Positions 9,435 through 18,379 of a stretch of 27,198 nt of DNA are shown here, one piece after another. The notes under the pieces are model-generated. The model saw nothing but the letters and a program-made list of their open reading frames with translations, had not been told where the DNA came from and ran no database searches. A program made the position numbers and the translations under genes. The stretch's first letter is position 1; every line of letters starts with the position of its first letter. Source of the stretch: a virus (lineage: Duplodnaviria; Caudoviricetes); the IMG/VR virus record IMGVR_UViG_3300007734_000536, positions 1-27,198 of that record; one strand, written 5' to 3'.

Positions 9435-9949
9435 AGCAAGAGCTGACGCAGGCAATGGATTTACTGGCGGCCGATCCAGCCGTCAGGTTTATAGGGTATG
9501 GAGTAAAGATAGGCGGGCGGGCAGCGGGCACGCTTAATCACGTTTCAGATTCGCAACTCATCGAAACACCCGTCGCTGAAAATCTAATGGTGGGACTAGC
9601 CACCGGCCTTAGTTTGGCGGGGCTAAAACCCGTTGTCTTTATTGAACGAATGGATTTTATTTTGAATGCGCTGGATGCCATCGTGAATCACCTGGGCGCA
9701 GCGCAACACATTAGCTGCAATCAATTCAAGCCAGCCGCCATCTTGCGGGTAGTCATTGGCAATAAATACAAACCCCTATACACCGGCCCGACTCACACGC
9801 AGGATTTTACTCAAGCACTCAGGCAAATAATCGACTTTCCAATCGTCGAACTAAAAAAGGGAAGCGTAGTCAACGAGTATCAAAGCGCACTGGATAGATT
9901 AAGCGTCGGAACTTCCACCATACTCGTCGAGCGAAAGGATGAGTGGTGA
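9431..9949 (+). CDS. Truncated ThDP-enzyme E1 beta / transketolase pyrimidine-binding domain protein
   Basis: 'IETPVAENLMVGLATGLSLAGLKPVV', 'DFILNALDAIVN', 'GPTHTQ'; 172 aa, lacks the usual C-terminal domain. Confidence 0.85.
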   Translation: MKQELTQAMDLLAADPAVRFIGYGVKIGGRAAGTLNHVSDSQLIETPVAENLMVGLATGLSLAGLKPVVFIERMDFILNALDAIVNHLGAAQHISCNQFKPAAILRVVIGNKYKPLYTGPTHTQDFTQALRQIIDFPIVELKKGSVVNEYQSALDRLSVGTSTILVERKDEW

Positions 9950-11037
9950 AGCAAAACAAATACAGCGATTACAAAATCTTTTCGTTCCCCGATAAGATAG
10001 CCAGTTTCCGCGACGATATTATCACCGCGCCCATCTACGTGCGGATTAAGCCAACGAATATCTGTAATCACGCATGCCGTTTCTGCGTTTATTCTGACGG
10101 CACAACGAGGCCCAAGGATCGGCCTGACTTGCATCTACAGGCAGGAATGCACACGAGTATGAACGAGCGAGACGTGATGCCACGAGATAAGGCGCTGGAA
10201 CTAATCGACGATCTGGCAACTATCGGAACAAAAGCCGTCACGTTTAGCGGGGGTGGAGAGCCTCTGCTACATAAAGACATTGTCGAGATTATGACTAAGA
10301 CAGTTTCCTCTGGTCTGGATCTGTCGATTATTACCAACGGCCAACTGCTCGCAGGCGAAAGGGCGGAAGTATTGGGCAACGCAAAGTGGGTTAGAATTTC
10401 CATGGACTACACAAGCGCAGAGCAGATGGCGTCGAGCCGTAACGTGCCCGATAGGTCGTTTGATTCGGTGATGCAAAACATTAAAAACTTTTCAAATACC
10501 AAAACGGAAAGCTGTGACCTCGGGATTAACTTTATAATTACCCGCTACAATTACGAGGGATTGGTTCCGTTTGCTAAACAACTCAAAGATGCAGGCGTGA
10601 GCAACGTTCGCTTTTCGCCCGTGTACGTTCAAAACTTTAAAGAATATCACAACACCATTGCGGTTAGAGTCAGGGAGCAGTTGGCCGAGTGCCAATCATT
10701 CTGTGACGACGACTTTACCATTAACACAACCTACGATCTGGATAGCCCAAGCAAGTCGCCCATCAGGCCGTTCCATCGCTGTCTATACGCTCAAGCCGTC
10801 TGCGTTGTCGGTGCGGATCTCAATATTTACGCCTGCCACAACACTGCGTACAGCGATCACGGGCGGATTGGATCGATAAAAGAGCAATCGTTTAAGCAAG
10901 CTTGGTTTAGCGAGGAGGCACGCAAATGGCATAAGACGTTTAACCCTGGCGTCAGTTGCCTGCACGAGTGTGCAAATCACGCCAAAGTGGCGCTATTTGA
11001 AAAATTGGCCACGGATAGCCACGACGCTTTTGTATGA
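9943..11037 (+). CDS. Radical SAM enzyme with SPASM/twitch domain
   Basis: CxxxCxxC (CNHACRFC), 'FSGGGEPLL', 'ITNG', C-terminal Cys motifs (RCLY..IYACH..IGSI..SCLHEC). The start may be GTG 9946 (GTGA overlap). Confidence 0.92.
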   Translation: MVKQNKYSDYKIFSFPDKIASFRDDIITAPIYVRIKPTNICNHACRFCVYSDGTTRPKDRPDLHLQAGMHTSMNERDVMPRDKALELIDDLATIGTKAVTFSGGGEPLLHKDIVEIMTKTVSSGLDLSIITNGQLLAGERAEVLGNAKWVRISMDYTSAEQMASSRNVPDRSFDSVMQNIKNFSNTKTESCDLGINFIITRYNYEGLVPFAKQLKDAGVSNVRFSPVYVQNFKEYHNTIAVRVREQLAECQSFCDDDFTINTTYDLDSPSKSPIRPFHRCLYAQAVCVVGADLNIYACHNTAYSDHGRIGSIKEQSFKQAWFSEEARKWHKTFNPGVSCLHECANHAKVALFEKLATDSHDAFV

Positions 11038-11648
11038 ACAAACAGGATCTGATTGATTTTGAATTAAGAATTAAAGCTCTATTTGAGCAGGGCAAACTTC
11101 CTTATTTGATTCACCTATGCGGCGGCAATGAAGATCAACTAATCGAGATATTTAAAGACATTAAGCTGGGCGATTGGATTTTCTCAAGCCATCGATCCCA
11201 CTATCACTACCTGCTGGCTGGCGGAAATCCTGATTTGCTTGAAGAGATGATTAGAGAAGGTCGCTCCATGTTTGTATTCGACCGCAAACTAAATTTCTAC
11301 ACTTCCAGCGTTTTGGCTGGCACTTGCGGGATAGCGGCCGGAGTGGCGCATACGCTTAAAGAGCAGGGAAGCACGGCAAAGGTGTGGTGCTTCTTGGGCG
11401 ATGGAGCTGAGGACGAAGGCCACTTTTATGAAGCCGTAAACTACGTGGCCGGGGCAGATCTACCCTGCACATTTATTATTGAGGACAACGATCGATCCGT
11501 GGACACGCCAAAGGCCGCCAGAGGAAAGGCCACGATGACTTGGCCTGATTGCGTAAAGCGATATCACTACACGCCAACGTTTCCGCATGGCGGTGCGGGT
11601 TGTAAAACCATGGTCACATTTGATCCGACAATCCGCCCGATATGGTGA
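11034..11648 (+). CDS. Truncated ThDP-enzyme E1 alpha-like subunit
   Basis: 'HLCGGNE', 'SSHRSHYHYL', ThDP-binding 'GDGAEDEG...IIEDN'; 204 aa; ATGA-coupled. Confidence 0.88.
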   Translation: MNKQDLIDFELRIKALFEQGKLPYLIHLCGGNEDQLIEIFKDIKLGDWIFSSHRSHYHYLLAGGNPDLLEEMIREGRSMFVFDRKLNFYTSSVLAGTCGIAAGVAHTLKEQGSTAKVWCFLGDGAEDEGHFYEAVNYVAGADLPCTFIIEDNDRSVDTPKAARGKATMTWPDCVKRYHYTPTFPHGGAGCKTMVTFDPTIRPIW

Positions 11649-11665
11649 CAAGAAGCGTCTAAAAT

Positions 11666-12112
11666 ATGCCAGCCGTCACCATGCTCGATCGTTTAATTGA
11701 AGCTGCTTTTCAAGAGCTTCTATCCGTAACCGTCACCGGGCCGACCTATCACTTGTCGCACGATAAGACCGAGAACATGCCTCCATCTATCGTAATAAAA
11801 GCCACGCTAGGAACGGAAGAGCCAGTGCGAGGATCGGGAGTGTTTGCCGTGCCAGTTGAAATTGTTGTGGACGATTCTTACGACGATACAACGGTGGACG
11901 CACACACTCAAAAATGCTCCAAGATTCTGCAAGCTTTCTACGATTCAAGCACTTTAACCGCTAGACTAAACGCCACTACGGCCATCGGATCTGCTCGTTG
12001 TTACAACGCCAAGGTGGATTCTGTTGAGCCAGAGGCGGACGATGAAGAGCGTACAATGCGTCGCACCTTTAAGCTGGCAGTCATTGCATATCCGAATTCT
12101 ATCGCGAGTTGA
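11666..12112 (+). CDS. Tail terminator / tail completion protein
   Basis: Acidic 148-aa protein directly upstream of the tail tube gene; positional call. Confidence 0.55.
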   Translation: MPAVTMLDRLIEAAFQELLSVTVTGPTYHLSHDKTENMPPSIVIKATLGTEEPVRGSGVFAVPVEIVVDDSYDDTTVDAHTQKCSKILQAFYDSSTLTARLNATTAIGSARCYNAKVDSVEPEADDEERTMRRTFKLAVIAYPNSIAS

Positions 12113-12130
12113 CACAAAATTTAAGGCAAT

Positions 12131-12478
12131 ATGGCAGCCACAACAATCGGAACAACGGGCCTACAGTTTGGCATTACTGCTGAAGCCGGTGGGTTAGTTC
12201 AATCTTTCACAGAAACTCGCAACGTAGAGCGTGCAGAAATTAGGAACCAAAGCGGCGAGGTAGTTGGTTGCGCTGTCTATAATCCCACCGATACCTTTGC
12301 TTTCTCCACCACCATCACGGGCGCTTATGCCACAACGGCAGGCGCAGTTCTCACAACCTTGGCAAACGCTACCAGCACGGGCGGTAAGATCGTAGTCGAT
12401 AGCGTTACGGTTAATCGCACTAGCGAAGGATTCGTCACGGTGGACGTATCAGCGACTCGATTCCCCAACATGAGCTAA
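12131..12478 (+). CDS. Major tail tube protein (minimal, 115 aa)
   Basis: Thr/Gly-rich beta protein, TTGACA motif upstream, hairpin downstream, lies upstream of the chaperone and tape measure genes. Confidence 0.65.
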   Translation: MAATTIGTTGLQFGITAEAGGLVQSFTETRNVERAEIRNQSGEVVGCAVYNPTDTFAFSTTITGAYATTAGAVLTTLANATSTGGKIVVDSVTVNRTSEGFVTVDVSATRFPNMS

Positions 12479-12495
12479 CCCGCTCCGGCGGGTTT
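12477..12495 (+). terminator. Hairpin after tail tube gene
   Basis: AACCCGC-TCCG-GCGGGTT(T), UNCG tetraloop. Confidence 0.6.
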
Positions 12496-12508
12496 ATGAG
12501 ATCCTAAA

Positions 12509-12883
12509 ATGGTTGATAGCTTCTGGGGAACGACAAACATTAAAGTGGCTGCGGCAGTCGCAGCCTTTGGCGCAAAGCTAAGAGAATCCGATCCAGTAAC
12601 GTGCATTGTTGAGGAAGGCGGCCATAGAAAATTCACCTTTTGGTTTAGTACAGGTGGCGATCAAGACGCAAAGGCCGAAATGGAACGCACTTGGGCGGAT
12701 ATGAAATCTGAGCCAGAAGCGGCAATTCGGTATGTAAGGGCAGCGCTTGAGAACAGGGAAACACTGCTGGGCCTTATGAAGCGTGCAGAGCCGATCCTGT
12801 CGATCAAGCGTGGCAGCCAAACTTTGCTTATCTCAGAAAGGGCCAGCCCGGAACTAAAGCGGGCGATGATTAAAAAACTATGA
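12509..12883 (+). CDS. Hypothetical protein (N-terminus DUF5659-like)
   Basis: 124-aa ORF, ATGA-coupled to next gene; 'TTNIKVAAAVAAFG' motif. Confidence 0.6.
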   Translation: MVDSFWGTTNIKVAAAVAAFGAKLRESDPVTCIVEEGGHRKFTFWFSTGGDQDAKAEMERTWADMKSEPEAAIRYVRAALENRETLLGLMKRAEPILSIKRGSQTLLISERASPELKRAMIKKL

Positions 12884-13263
12884 GTGAAGAAGCGCTACTA
12901 CAGGAACTGGATAACTCGCTTATCTCGCCTGATCGATTTTTTAAAGATCAGAGGCTTGCGCCTTATACCGAAGGCAGTCGCCTCCTAATGCTACAAGTGC
13001 GGGATGATAGCGATTCCGCGATCTACTTTGTCTGGTCGTTTATTTACCTACATATCCTGCTGGCGGAAGATCGCAAAAAGACGATTCGCCTGGCTTGGGA
13101 CAAGGATGCGTTTCGGGAAAAGCTGATGGATTGGATTGCTGAGATGACGGAGGACGATCGCAATACCGCCTCAGTCATGTGCTCTGCAATCTTGGCGGAG
13201 GCTAACAAAGCGCGGGTAAACGTTATCCCTTCAGCCATAGCCGCACCGCCGGGAAACGCCTAG
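12880..13263 (+). CDS. Tail assembly chaperone (gpG-like)
   Basis: Ends in the in-frame slippery heptamer G GGA AAC just before its stop codon. Confidence 0.8.
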   Translation: MSEEALLQELDNSLISPDRFFKDQRLAPYTEGSRLLMLQVRDDSDSAIYFVWSFIYLHILLAEDRKKTIRLAWDKDAFREKLMDWIAEMTEDDRNTASVMCSAILAEANKARVNVIPSAIAAPPGNA

Positions 13264-13466
13264 CGCCAGGAGGAACCGCCGCGTGCGTGTTTGTCCTGGC
13301 AAAACATACAGGCTGGACGATGGAGCATATTCTATGGGAAGTGCCACTGGCGGCCGTCAATCAGGCCGATCACGTCTTTATGTTTATGGACGGCCTAAAA
13401 CTAAGTCGTGCGGCTCATATTGAAGGCAAAGAGATCCGTGACATGGAAAGGCTATTAGGATTATGA
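13251..13466 (+). CDS. Tail assembly chaperone -1 frameshift extension (gpT-like; G-T fusion 12880-13466)
   Basis: The -1 frame is open from GGGAAAC: GKRLAPGGTAACVFVLAKHTGWTMEHILWEVPLAA...LLGL*; its stop overlaps the next ATG (ATGA). Confidence 0.8.
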   Translation, partial: GKRLAPGGTAACVFVLAKHTGWTMEHILWEVPLAAVNQADHVFMFMDGLKLSRAAHIEGKEIRDMERLLGL

Positions 13467-14308
13467 GCGCAAGCTTAACAGTCGACGCCAGTAAACTACA
13501 GAAAGCCATGAAGGCTTTTATCGGTAATACCAAGGCCGAGGCAGCCAAGGAAATGCGGATACAGGCACGCATGCTTTGCGTTAGCCTAGCTAATTCGACG
13601 CAACCTTTTGGCTTTGGAAATGACGTAAAGAAAGTCGGCGAAAAGGCAGTTACTAAGGATATTGATCGCGTCTACAAATCGGCAGGTACTGCCTCTAAAG
13701 AGATAGCTAAATTATCGCTGCCAAAGGGAAAGACTAAGACACAAAACGCAGAACAAATGGCCAAGGCATTGGCGGCGCTTGTGCTGGGCAAAACTGGCGG
13801 AAGTAAAAGAAAGCGTGCTGAATCCGCACAACAACTTCTAAACAGAATACGACAACAACCGTACGTGGGTACGCAAGTCGGTCAGTTTGACGGTGGAAAA
13901 AGTCACGAATCAGCTCGGTATGGCAAATCAAAAAGAGTGCCTAAAAATCAGTTTGTGCGTCAAATCGTCACTAAAGATAGTCCGTTGTCGCGATATTTTA
14001 AAGATAAGCGCGAAAACGTAGGTATCGCAAAATCAGGCTGGGCTGTTTGCGCCGGTATATTAGGAGGCTTTCGCGGTATTCCTAAATGGGTATACAGGCA
14101 CACGGGTGGCGGCCGCGTAAATGATAAGAGCCAAACGGCGTTGGGCACATTCTCCAAGCCTTACGTTCAAATGACTAATACGATCCCTTGGATTAACAAC
14201 GTAATTAGTACTGGAACCATCCAGAAGTCCATTGACATACAGGTGTTAAAAATGATCAAGCGGCTGAGTATTATCGCTAATTACGAGAGCAAAAAGGCTG
14301 GGCTATAA
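13463..14308 (+). CDS. Basic virion morphogenesis / neck protein (HK97 gp10-like)
   Basis: Lys/Arg-rich; N-terminal 'SLTVDASKLQKAMKAF', C-terminal 'VQMTNTIPWI'. Confidence 0.5.
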   Translation: MSASLTVDASKLQKAMKAFIGNTKAEAAKEMRIQARMLCVSLANSTQPFGFGNDVKKVGEKAVTKDIDRVYKSAGTASKEIAKLSLPKGKTKTQNAEQMAKALAALVLGKTGGSKRKRAESAQQLLNRIRQQPYVGTQVGQFDGGKSHESARYGKSKRVPKNQFVRQIVTKDSPLSRYFKDKRENVGIAKSGWAVCAGILGGFRGIPKWVYRHTGGGRVNDKSQTALGTFSKPYVQMTNTIPWINNVISTGTIQKSIDIQVLKMIKRLSIIANYESKKAGL

Positions 14309-15789
14309 TGGACGCTACCGCCACAGCCAAACTCGCTTTAGATGCTTCCGGGCTGGATCGCGGCCTGCAATCTGCAACGGCCAGCCTAGATCGATTTGCA
14401 AAGCAAACAGGCTCAATTCTGGCAGGAGCATTCGCGTTTGATAAGCTAATCTCGGGCTTTAGTTCAGCGATTGAAAAAGGCGATCAGCTTCAGGACATTG
14501 CCGAAAAGTTCGGAGTATCCGCTAGTAAATTGCAGATGCTTGGGAACGCTGCATCGGTATTCGGCAGTGGGCTAGATCAAGTTAGTGCTGGCCTAAATAA
14601 GCTGTCTCTGGCTCAACAGAAAGCAGTATCTGGGGAAGATGGTGCAGAAGCATTAGTGGCAACATTTGCCGAAGTCGGAATAAGCCTTGAAGAACTGCGC
14701 TCAATGGGGGCAGAAGATATCTTTTTAAGGATTGCGGACAGCTTTGCGAGCGGGGCTAACGACGGCAGGCAATTTGTAATCGTTAATGAACTTTTAGGCA
14801 AAGCTCAGACCGATTTAATAAAAGTACTAAACCAAGGATCGTCCGCAATTATTGAACAAGGGAATGCAATCGGAGTATTTTCAGATGATACCATCTCAAG
14901 CCTATCAGAACTATCTGATCAAATAAAAGTATTACAAAATAATATGACGATGGGATTTGGAAATGTTGCCGCACTTTTAAACCCTTTTATTAAAGGGCTG
15001 CAGGATGCTCTTGAGTTGGCCGTGATGCTCGGGATGGCGGTAAAGGAAGCAGCTTCAGGAAATATCGCAGGAGCTAAAGAAATCGTAAAAGGAGCCAGTA
15101 ATTTAGGCACGGAAAAAATGGCTGAAAGGGATAAGGCCGAAAAGGCTAAGAAGTCGCCAGGACGTGGAAATGCAGAGCGCGAAATAATCAATAATCAGAA
15201 ACAGTTGGAAAAAGCAGAAAAAGACGCAATCAAAGAGCGGACTGACTTGGCTCTTTACCTTTTAAAACAAGAAGACGCCGAAAAAAAATTGGCCAACGAT
15301 TCATACGAGCGCAAAAGGGATACGGAGCGCGAGAGAATGCTAGAGGCTGCTAATCTGGAAGTGAAAGCAGCACAGGAAAAGATGAAGCTACAACAGGAAC
15401 AAGCAGCAAAAGAAAAGGGCATGGCCGCAGGCCCTGGCGGAACAAGCAGACAATTTGAGCAAGCTCGAGCAGGGTCTGCCAGTGAAGTGCTTAACTTTGC
15501 AGGCGGTCTAGGCGATCGCTCTATTTCCGCAATGGTACAACAGGAGCGATCAAAGGCAGCCAAGGAACAGCAAAAGGTGAACCGCAAGGAATTTGACGCA
15601 AAGGTGATGGAACAAACGAGCGCGCTAACTTCTGGCGGAAATCCGCGTACTATGGAAAGCAGACGCCGTGAATTTATCCAGAAAGAAGCGCAGAAAGAAT
15701 CTAAGGGAACCAAGACGCTTGCGGATATTTACCAAGTGCTAGATACGGCACTTCAAAAAATAATCGCATCGCCAATCGTATCCGTATGA
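14308..15789 (+). CDS. Tape measure protein (short, 493 aa)
   Basis: 'AKLALDASGLDRGL' N-terminus, 'LQDIAEKFGVSASKLQ', helical Ala/Glu/Lys-rich body; TAATG-coupled. Confidence 0.85.
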   Translation: MDATATAKLALDASGLDRGLQSATASLDRFAKQTGSILAGAFAFDKLISGFSSAIEKGDQLQDIAEKFGVSASKLQMLGNAASVFGSGLDQVSAGLNKLSLAQQKAVSGEDGAEALVATFAEVGISLEELRSMGAEDIFLRIADSFASGANDGRQFVIVNELLGKAQTDLIKVLNQGSSAIIEQGNAIGVFSDDTISSLSELSDQIKVLQNNMTMGFGNVAALLNPFIKGLQDALELAVMLGMAVKEAASGNIAGAKEIVKGASNLGTEKMAERDKAEKAKKSPGRGNAEREIINNQKQLEKAEKDAIKERTDLALYLLKQEDAEKKLANDSYERKRDTERERMLEAANLEVKAAQEKMKLQQEQAAKEKGMAAGPGGTSRQFEQARAGSASEVLNFAGGLGDRSISAMVQQERSKAAKEQQKVNRKEFDAKVMEQTSALTSGGNPRTMESRRREFIQKEAQKESKGTKTLADIYQVLDTALQKIIASPIVSV

Positions 15790-16460
15790 GTGCTGTCATA
15801 TTAGGCTCTCCGGCGTCAGGGCAGAAGGTATTGCGAAGGAATGAGTTTTCCACTCAGCGCAATGGGCTGGAATTTATTAACGAAATCTACACGATCCGAA
15901 CGGCCGACAGAGCCACGCTTAAACCTGCGCTTGATACGTTGCATAAGAACGTCAGCACATCTTCAACTAAGTACGCAAGGATGGCTGTGGAGAATGTGGC
16001 CTTTAAAGAGATCGATGGGGATTTAAGTGAAATGACGGTATCTTATGTTGGCCTTACAAGCGCTAGCGGGGTACCCCCAGCACTAGTCCGAATTATCCCG
16101 CAAATGGATAAAGGCGTATTCGGGCCGCCTTGTGTCATTAGCGTTGAATTTGTTAGCGAATCAGATACTGCATCAATTATATCAATTCTGCCGTCAGGCG
16201 CTCAGTTTGGCTTAAGTTATTCAGCAAAAGTACCAATGCCAAAATCTATCAATGGCACGATTTTGCCAGTAAATCCAAGAGATCCGTTCAGTACGGGCAA
16301 CGCTCCGGCGCAAACAAGCGCAGTATTTGGACCGCTTGGATACTCAGTTTTCGATTACCAAGGCTATGTATTGACCTCCGTTCAGGCCGAGGAAAGAGGG
16401 ATCTTTGTCGTGGTAATGCATGAGTATGCGGAATACTTTGAAACCGCAACGGTAAGCTAG
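15786..16460 (+). CDS. Tail tip / distal tail protein (putative)
   Basis: ATGA-coupled after the tape measure gene; positional call. Confidence 0.5.
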   Translation: MSAVILGSPASGQKVLRRNEFSTQRNGLEFINEIYTIRTADRATLKPALDTLHKNVSTSSTKYARMAVENVAFKEIDGDLSEMTVSYVGLTSASGVPPALVRIIPQMDKGVFGPPCVISVEFVSESDTASIISILPSGAQFGLSYSAKVPMPKSINGTILPVNPRDPFSTGNAPAQTSAVFGPLGYSVFDYQGYVLTSVQAEERGIFVVVMHEYAEYFETATVS

Positions 16461-16461
16461 T

Positions 16462-16692
16462 ATGGCCACGGCACGCCTAAAAGAGATTACGGCCGGGAAG
16501 CTAAACCTGGAATTCTTTAATAAGATTATTAAAAGGATTGAGGGCATAAAGCCTCTAGCTGGCAGTTTTTTGAAAGTTGTGGAGGAAACGGACGGAATCA
16601 GAATCTCTTTGGATAATGCGGAAGTAAAAGAGCTAAACGTATGTAACAATGGATCGCCAGATACGATTAAGGTATTCGTTCAAAAAGCCTAA
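16462..16692 (+). CDS. Small tail-associated hypothetical protein
   Basis: 76-aa ORF filling the gap between tail genes. Confidence 0.6.
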   Translation: MATARLKEITAGKLNLEFFNKIIKRIEGIKPLAGSFLKVVEETDGIRISLDNAEVKELNVCNNGSPDTIKVFVQKA

Positions 16693-16712
16693 ATTGACAC
16701 AAGAAAAGCATT

Positions 16713-18350
16713 ATGGCGCAATCACTTGATCTTTATATTGACGTTACTAAAGGGGAGTTGCTGACGGGCGGATCGGCCATTAACGGAGCACTGCCTACTT
16801 TAACTAGGAACGATTCTTATAACCTCCGCGTGCGCTTGCGGGAACGTGATTCTGGCGGTTTTTTAAGAGACTTAAACACTAGTGGAATTTCCGTAAAACT
16901 TGGTATCGGTGGCGTTGAGGATAGTCCTACCGATGGACAATTTAAACTTACCCTGGGCGCAGTTACATCCACCGCCATCTCATTCAACGCAACGACTACG
17001 CAGGTATACAATGCGATCAGCGCAATCGCGGGAGCAGGCGTTACTGTCACCACGTTCGGATCGATCACACAAGGCGTTTATTTAATTACCTCCGCCACGG
17101 CCAACACGGCGCTATCGTTTGGCGGGGATGCTTTCACGCTTTTCCCGACAAGCTCGGTTCTAATCAATACCCGCAGGAATCCAGCCACGGGAATTCCTGC
17201 GCAACAAGTAATCAAATTAGTCCGCAATCCTGCCGTATATGCTGATACTTTTACCGCATCGCCTACTGCTGGAATCGTATCACTTACAAAACTACAGGAC
17301 GGATCTGCGTCTCAGAACGAAATCTATAACCTTAGTGCAGGAGCCGACGCAGAAGGCGGATCGGTTGTCCTTAACTTTGGTACGAACAGCACGACTGCGA
17401 TCGCGCTCGGAGCCACGGCCGCCAGCTTTAGGGAAGCTTTAAGCGCCGTCACGGGGATCGGTGCGGGTAATATCAGCGTCGATTCAGGGAATGGCAATTA
17501 CACCATCTCATTCGTTCGGGATCTTGGCCTTCAGAATGTAACTACCGCACTTACTTTGGATACCAGTGGCGTAATATACGGCACATTCTTACAGAGCGCG
17601 GTAACCCTAAACACGGCTGGCATTGAGGAGCTGTTTGCGGAAGCCAGTGCAGATGAAATTACCCCTAAGCTGGAAGTCGAATTGACGCAATCTGGTACGC
17701 CTAAAACCATTTTACAAACGGACGTTACGATTAGAAAAGATTTAATTACCACAGGCAGTGCGGTGCCAGCCGCTCAAGCGTCCTATCTAACGGCGGCCGA
17801 AACGTATGCTGCCTTTGTCCGCAACTCCACTACAGGCGTTAATTCCAGCGCACGCAGCCTGGCAGATTCATCGGCTGTTACAGCCGTGGCGTTTGGAGCT
17901 AGGACGCTCAATAATAGCTCAGGAACGGCCGTTGTGAGCTATGGTGCCGGGCTTTCATTTTCAAACACGCCGCTTGGCTTTTATGGAGTAGCGGTTACGG
18001 CCCAGCCTGCAAATATTAACGCGGTAAGCGGTTTAATTAACGTGGGATTACTGGCCAATAGCGCAACCTACGGAGTTTTACCGCAATCGCCTAGAACGCT
18101 AACTACAACCGCATCTATTTATTTTGGTTCAGTTGCAGCAAACGATACCAACTCAGTTAGTGTTGTTGTTACTGGATGCCAGCTAAATGATATTGTTTTG
18201 ATTGGATTACCTCCAAGCAATCCAAACGGCCTTACGTTCTTGGGCCATGTTACAACTGCAAACGGGCTAGAGATTGATTGCGTAAATGCAACCAACGGAA
18301 GTCAGACACCGGCCACAGCCACCTACCGAATCACCGTCATTGGTTATTAA
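16713..18350 (+). CDS. Tail fibre / baseplate-associated structural protein
   Basis: Thr/Ser/Ala/Gly-rich; two copies of a 'G.F.L.(L/F)G..T.AI...AT......A(I/L)SA..G' module; beta-rich C-terminal module. Confidence 0.7.
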   Translation: MAQSLDLYIDVTKGELLTGGSAINGALPTLTRNDSYNLRVRLRERDSGGFLRDLNTSGISVKLGIGGVEDSPTDGQFKLTLGAVTSTAISFNATTTQVYNAISAIAGAGVTVTTFGSITQGVYLITSATANTALSFGGDAFTLFPTSSVLINTRRNPATGIPAQQVIKLVRNPAVYADTFTASPTAGIVSLTKLQDGSASQNEIYNLSAGADAEGGSVVLNFGTNSTTAIALGATAASFREALSAVTGIGAGNISVDSGNGNYTISFVRDLGLQNVTTALTLDTSGVIYGTFLQSAVTLNTAGIEELFAEASADEITPKLEVELTQSGTPKTILQTDVTIRKDLITTGSAVPAAQASYLTAAETYAAFVRNSTTGVNSSARSLADSSAVTAVAFGARTLNNSSGTAVVSYGAGLSFSNTPLGFYGVAVTAQPANINAVSGLINVGLLANSATYGVLPQSPRTLTTTASIYFGSVAANDTNSVSVVVTGCQLNDIVLIGLPPSNPNGLTFLGHVTTANGLEIDCVNATNGSQTPATATYRITVIGY

Positions 18351-18379
18351 AACAGGGCGAATGCCCTAACGAGATCCTT

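Noticed and set aside
9431-11648. Pyruvate dehydrogenase as an auxiliary metabolic gene
   Set aside because: Both subunits are truncated, no E2/E3 is present, and they are coupled to glycosyltransferases in the virion operon
13438-13465. GTGACA before ATG 13463 as another late motif
   Set aside because: One mismatch, spacing of 25 nt is outside the 19-22 range, and the gene is already ATGA-coupled
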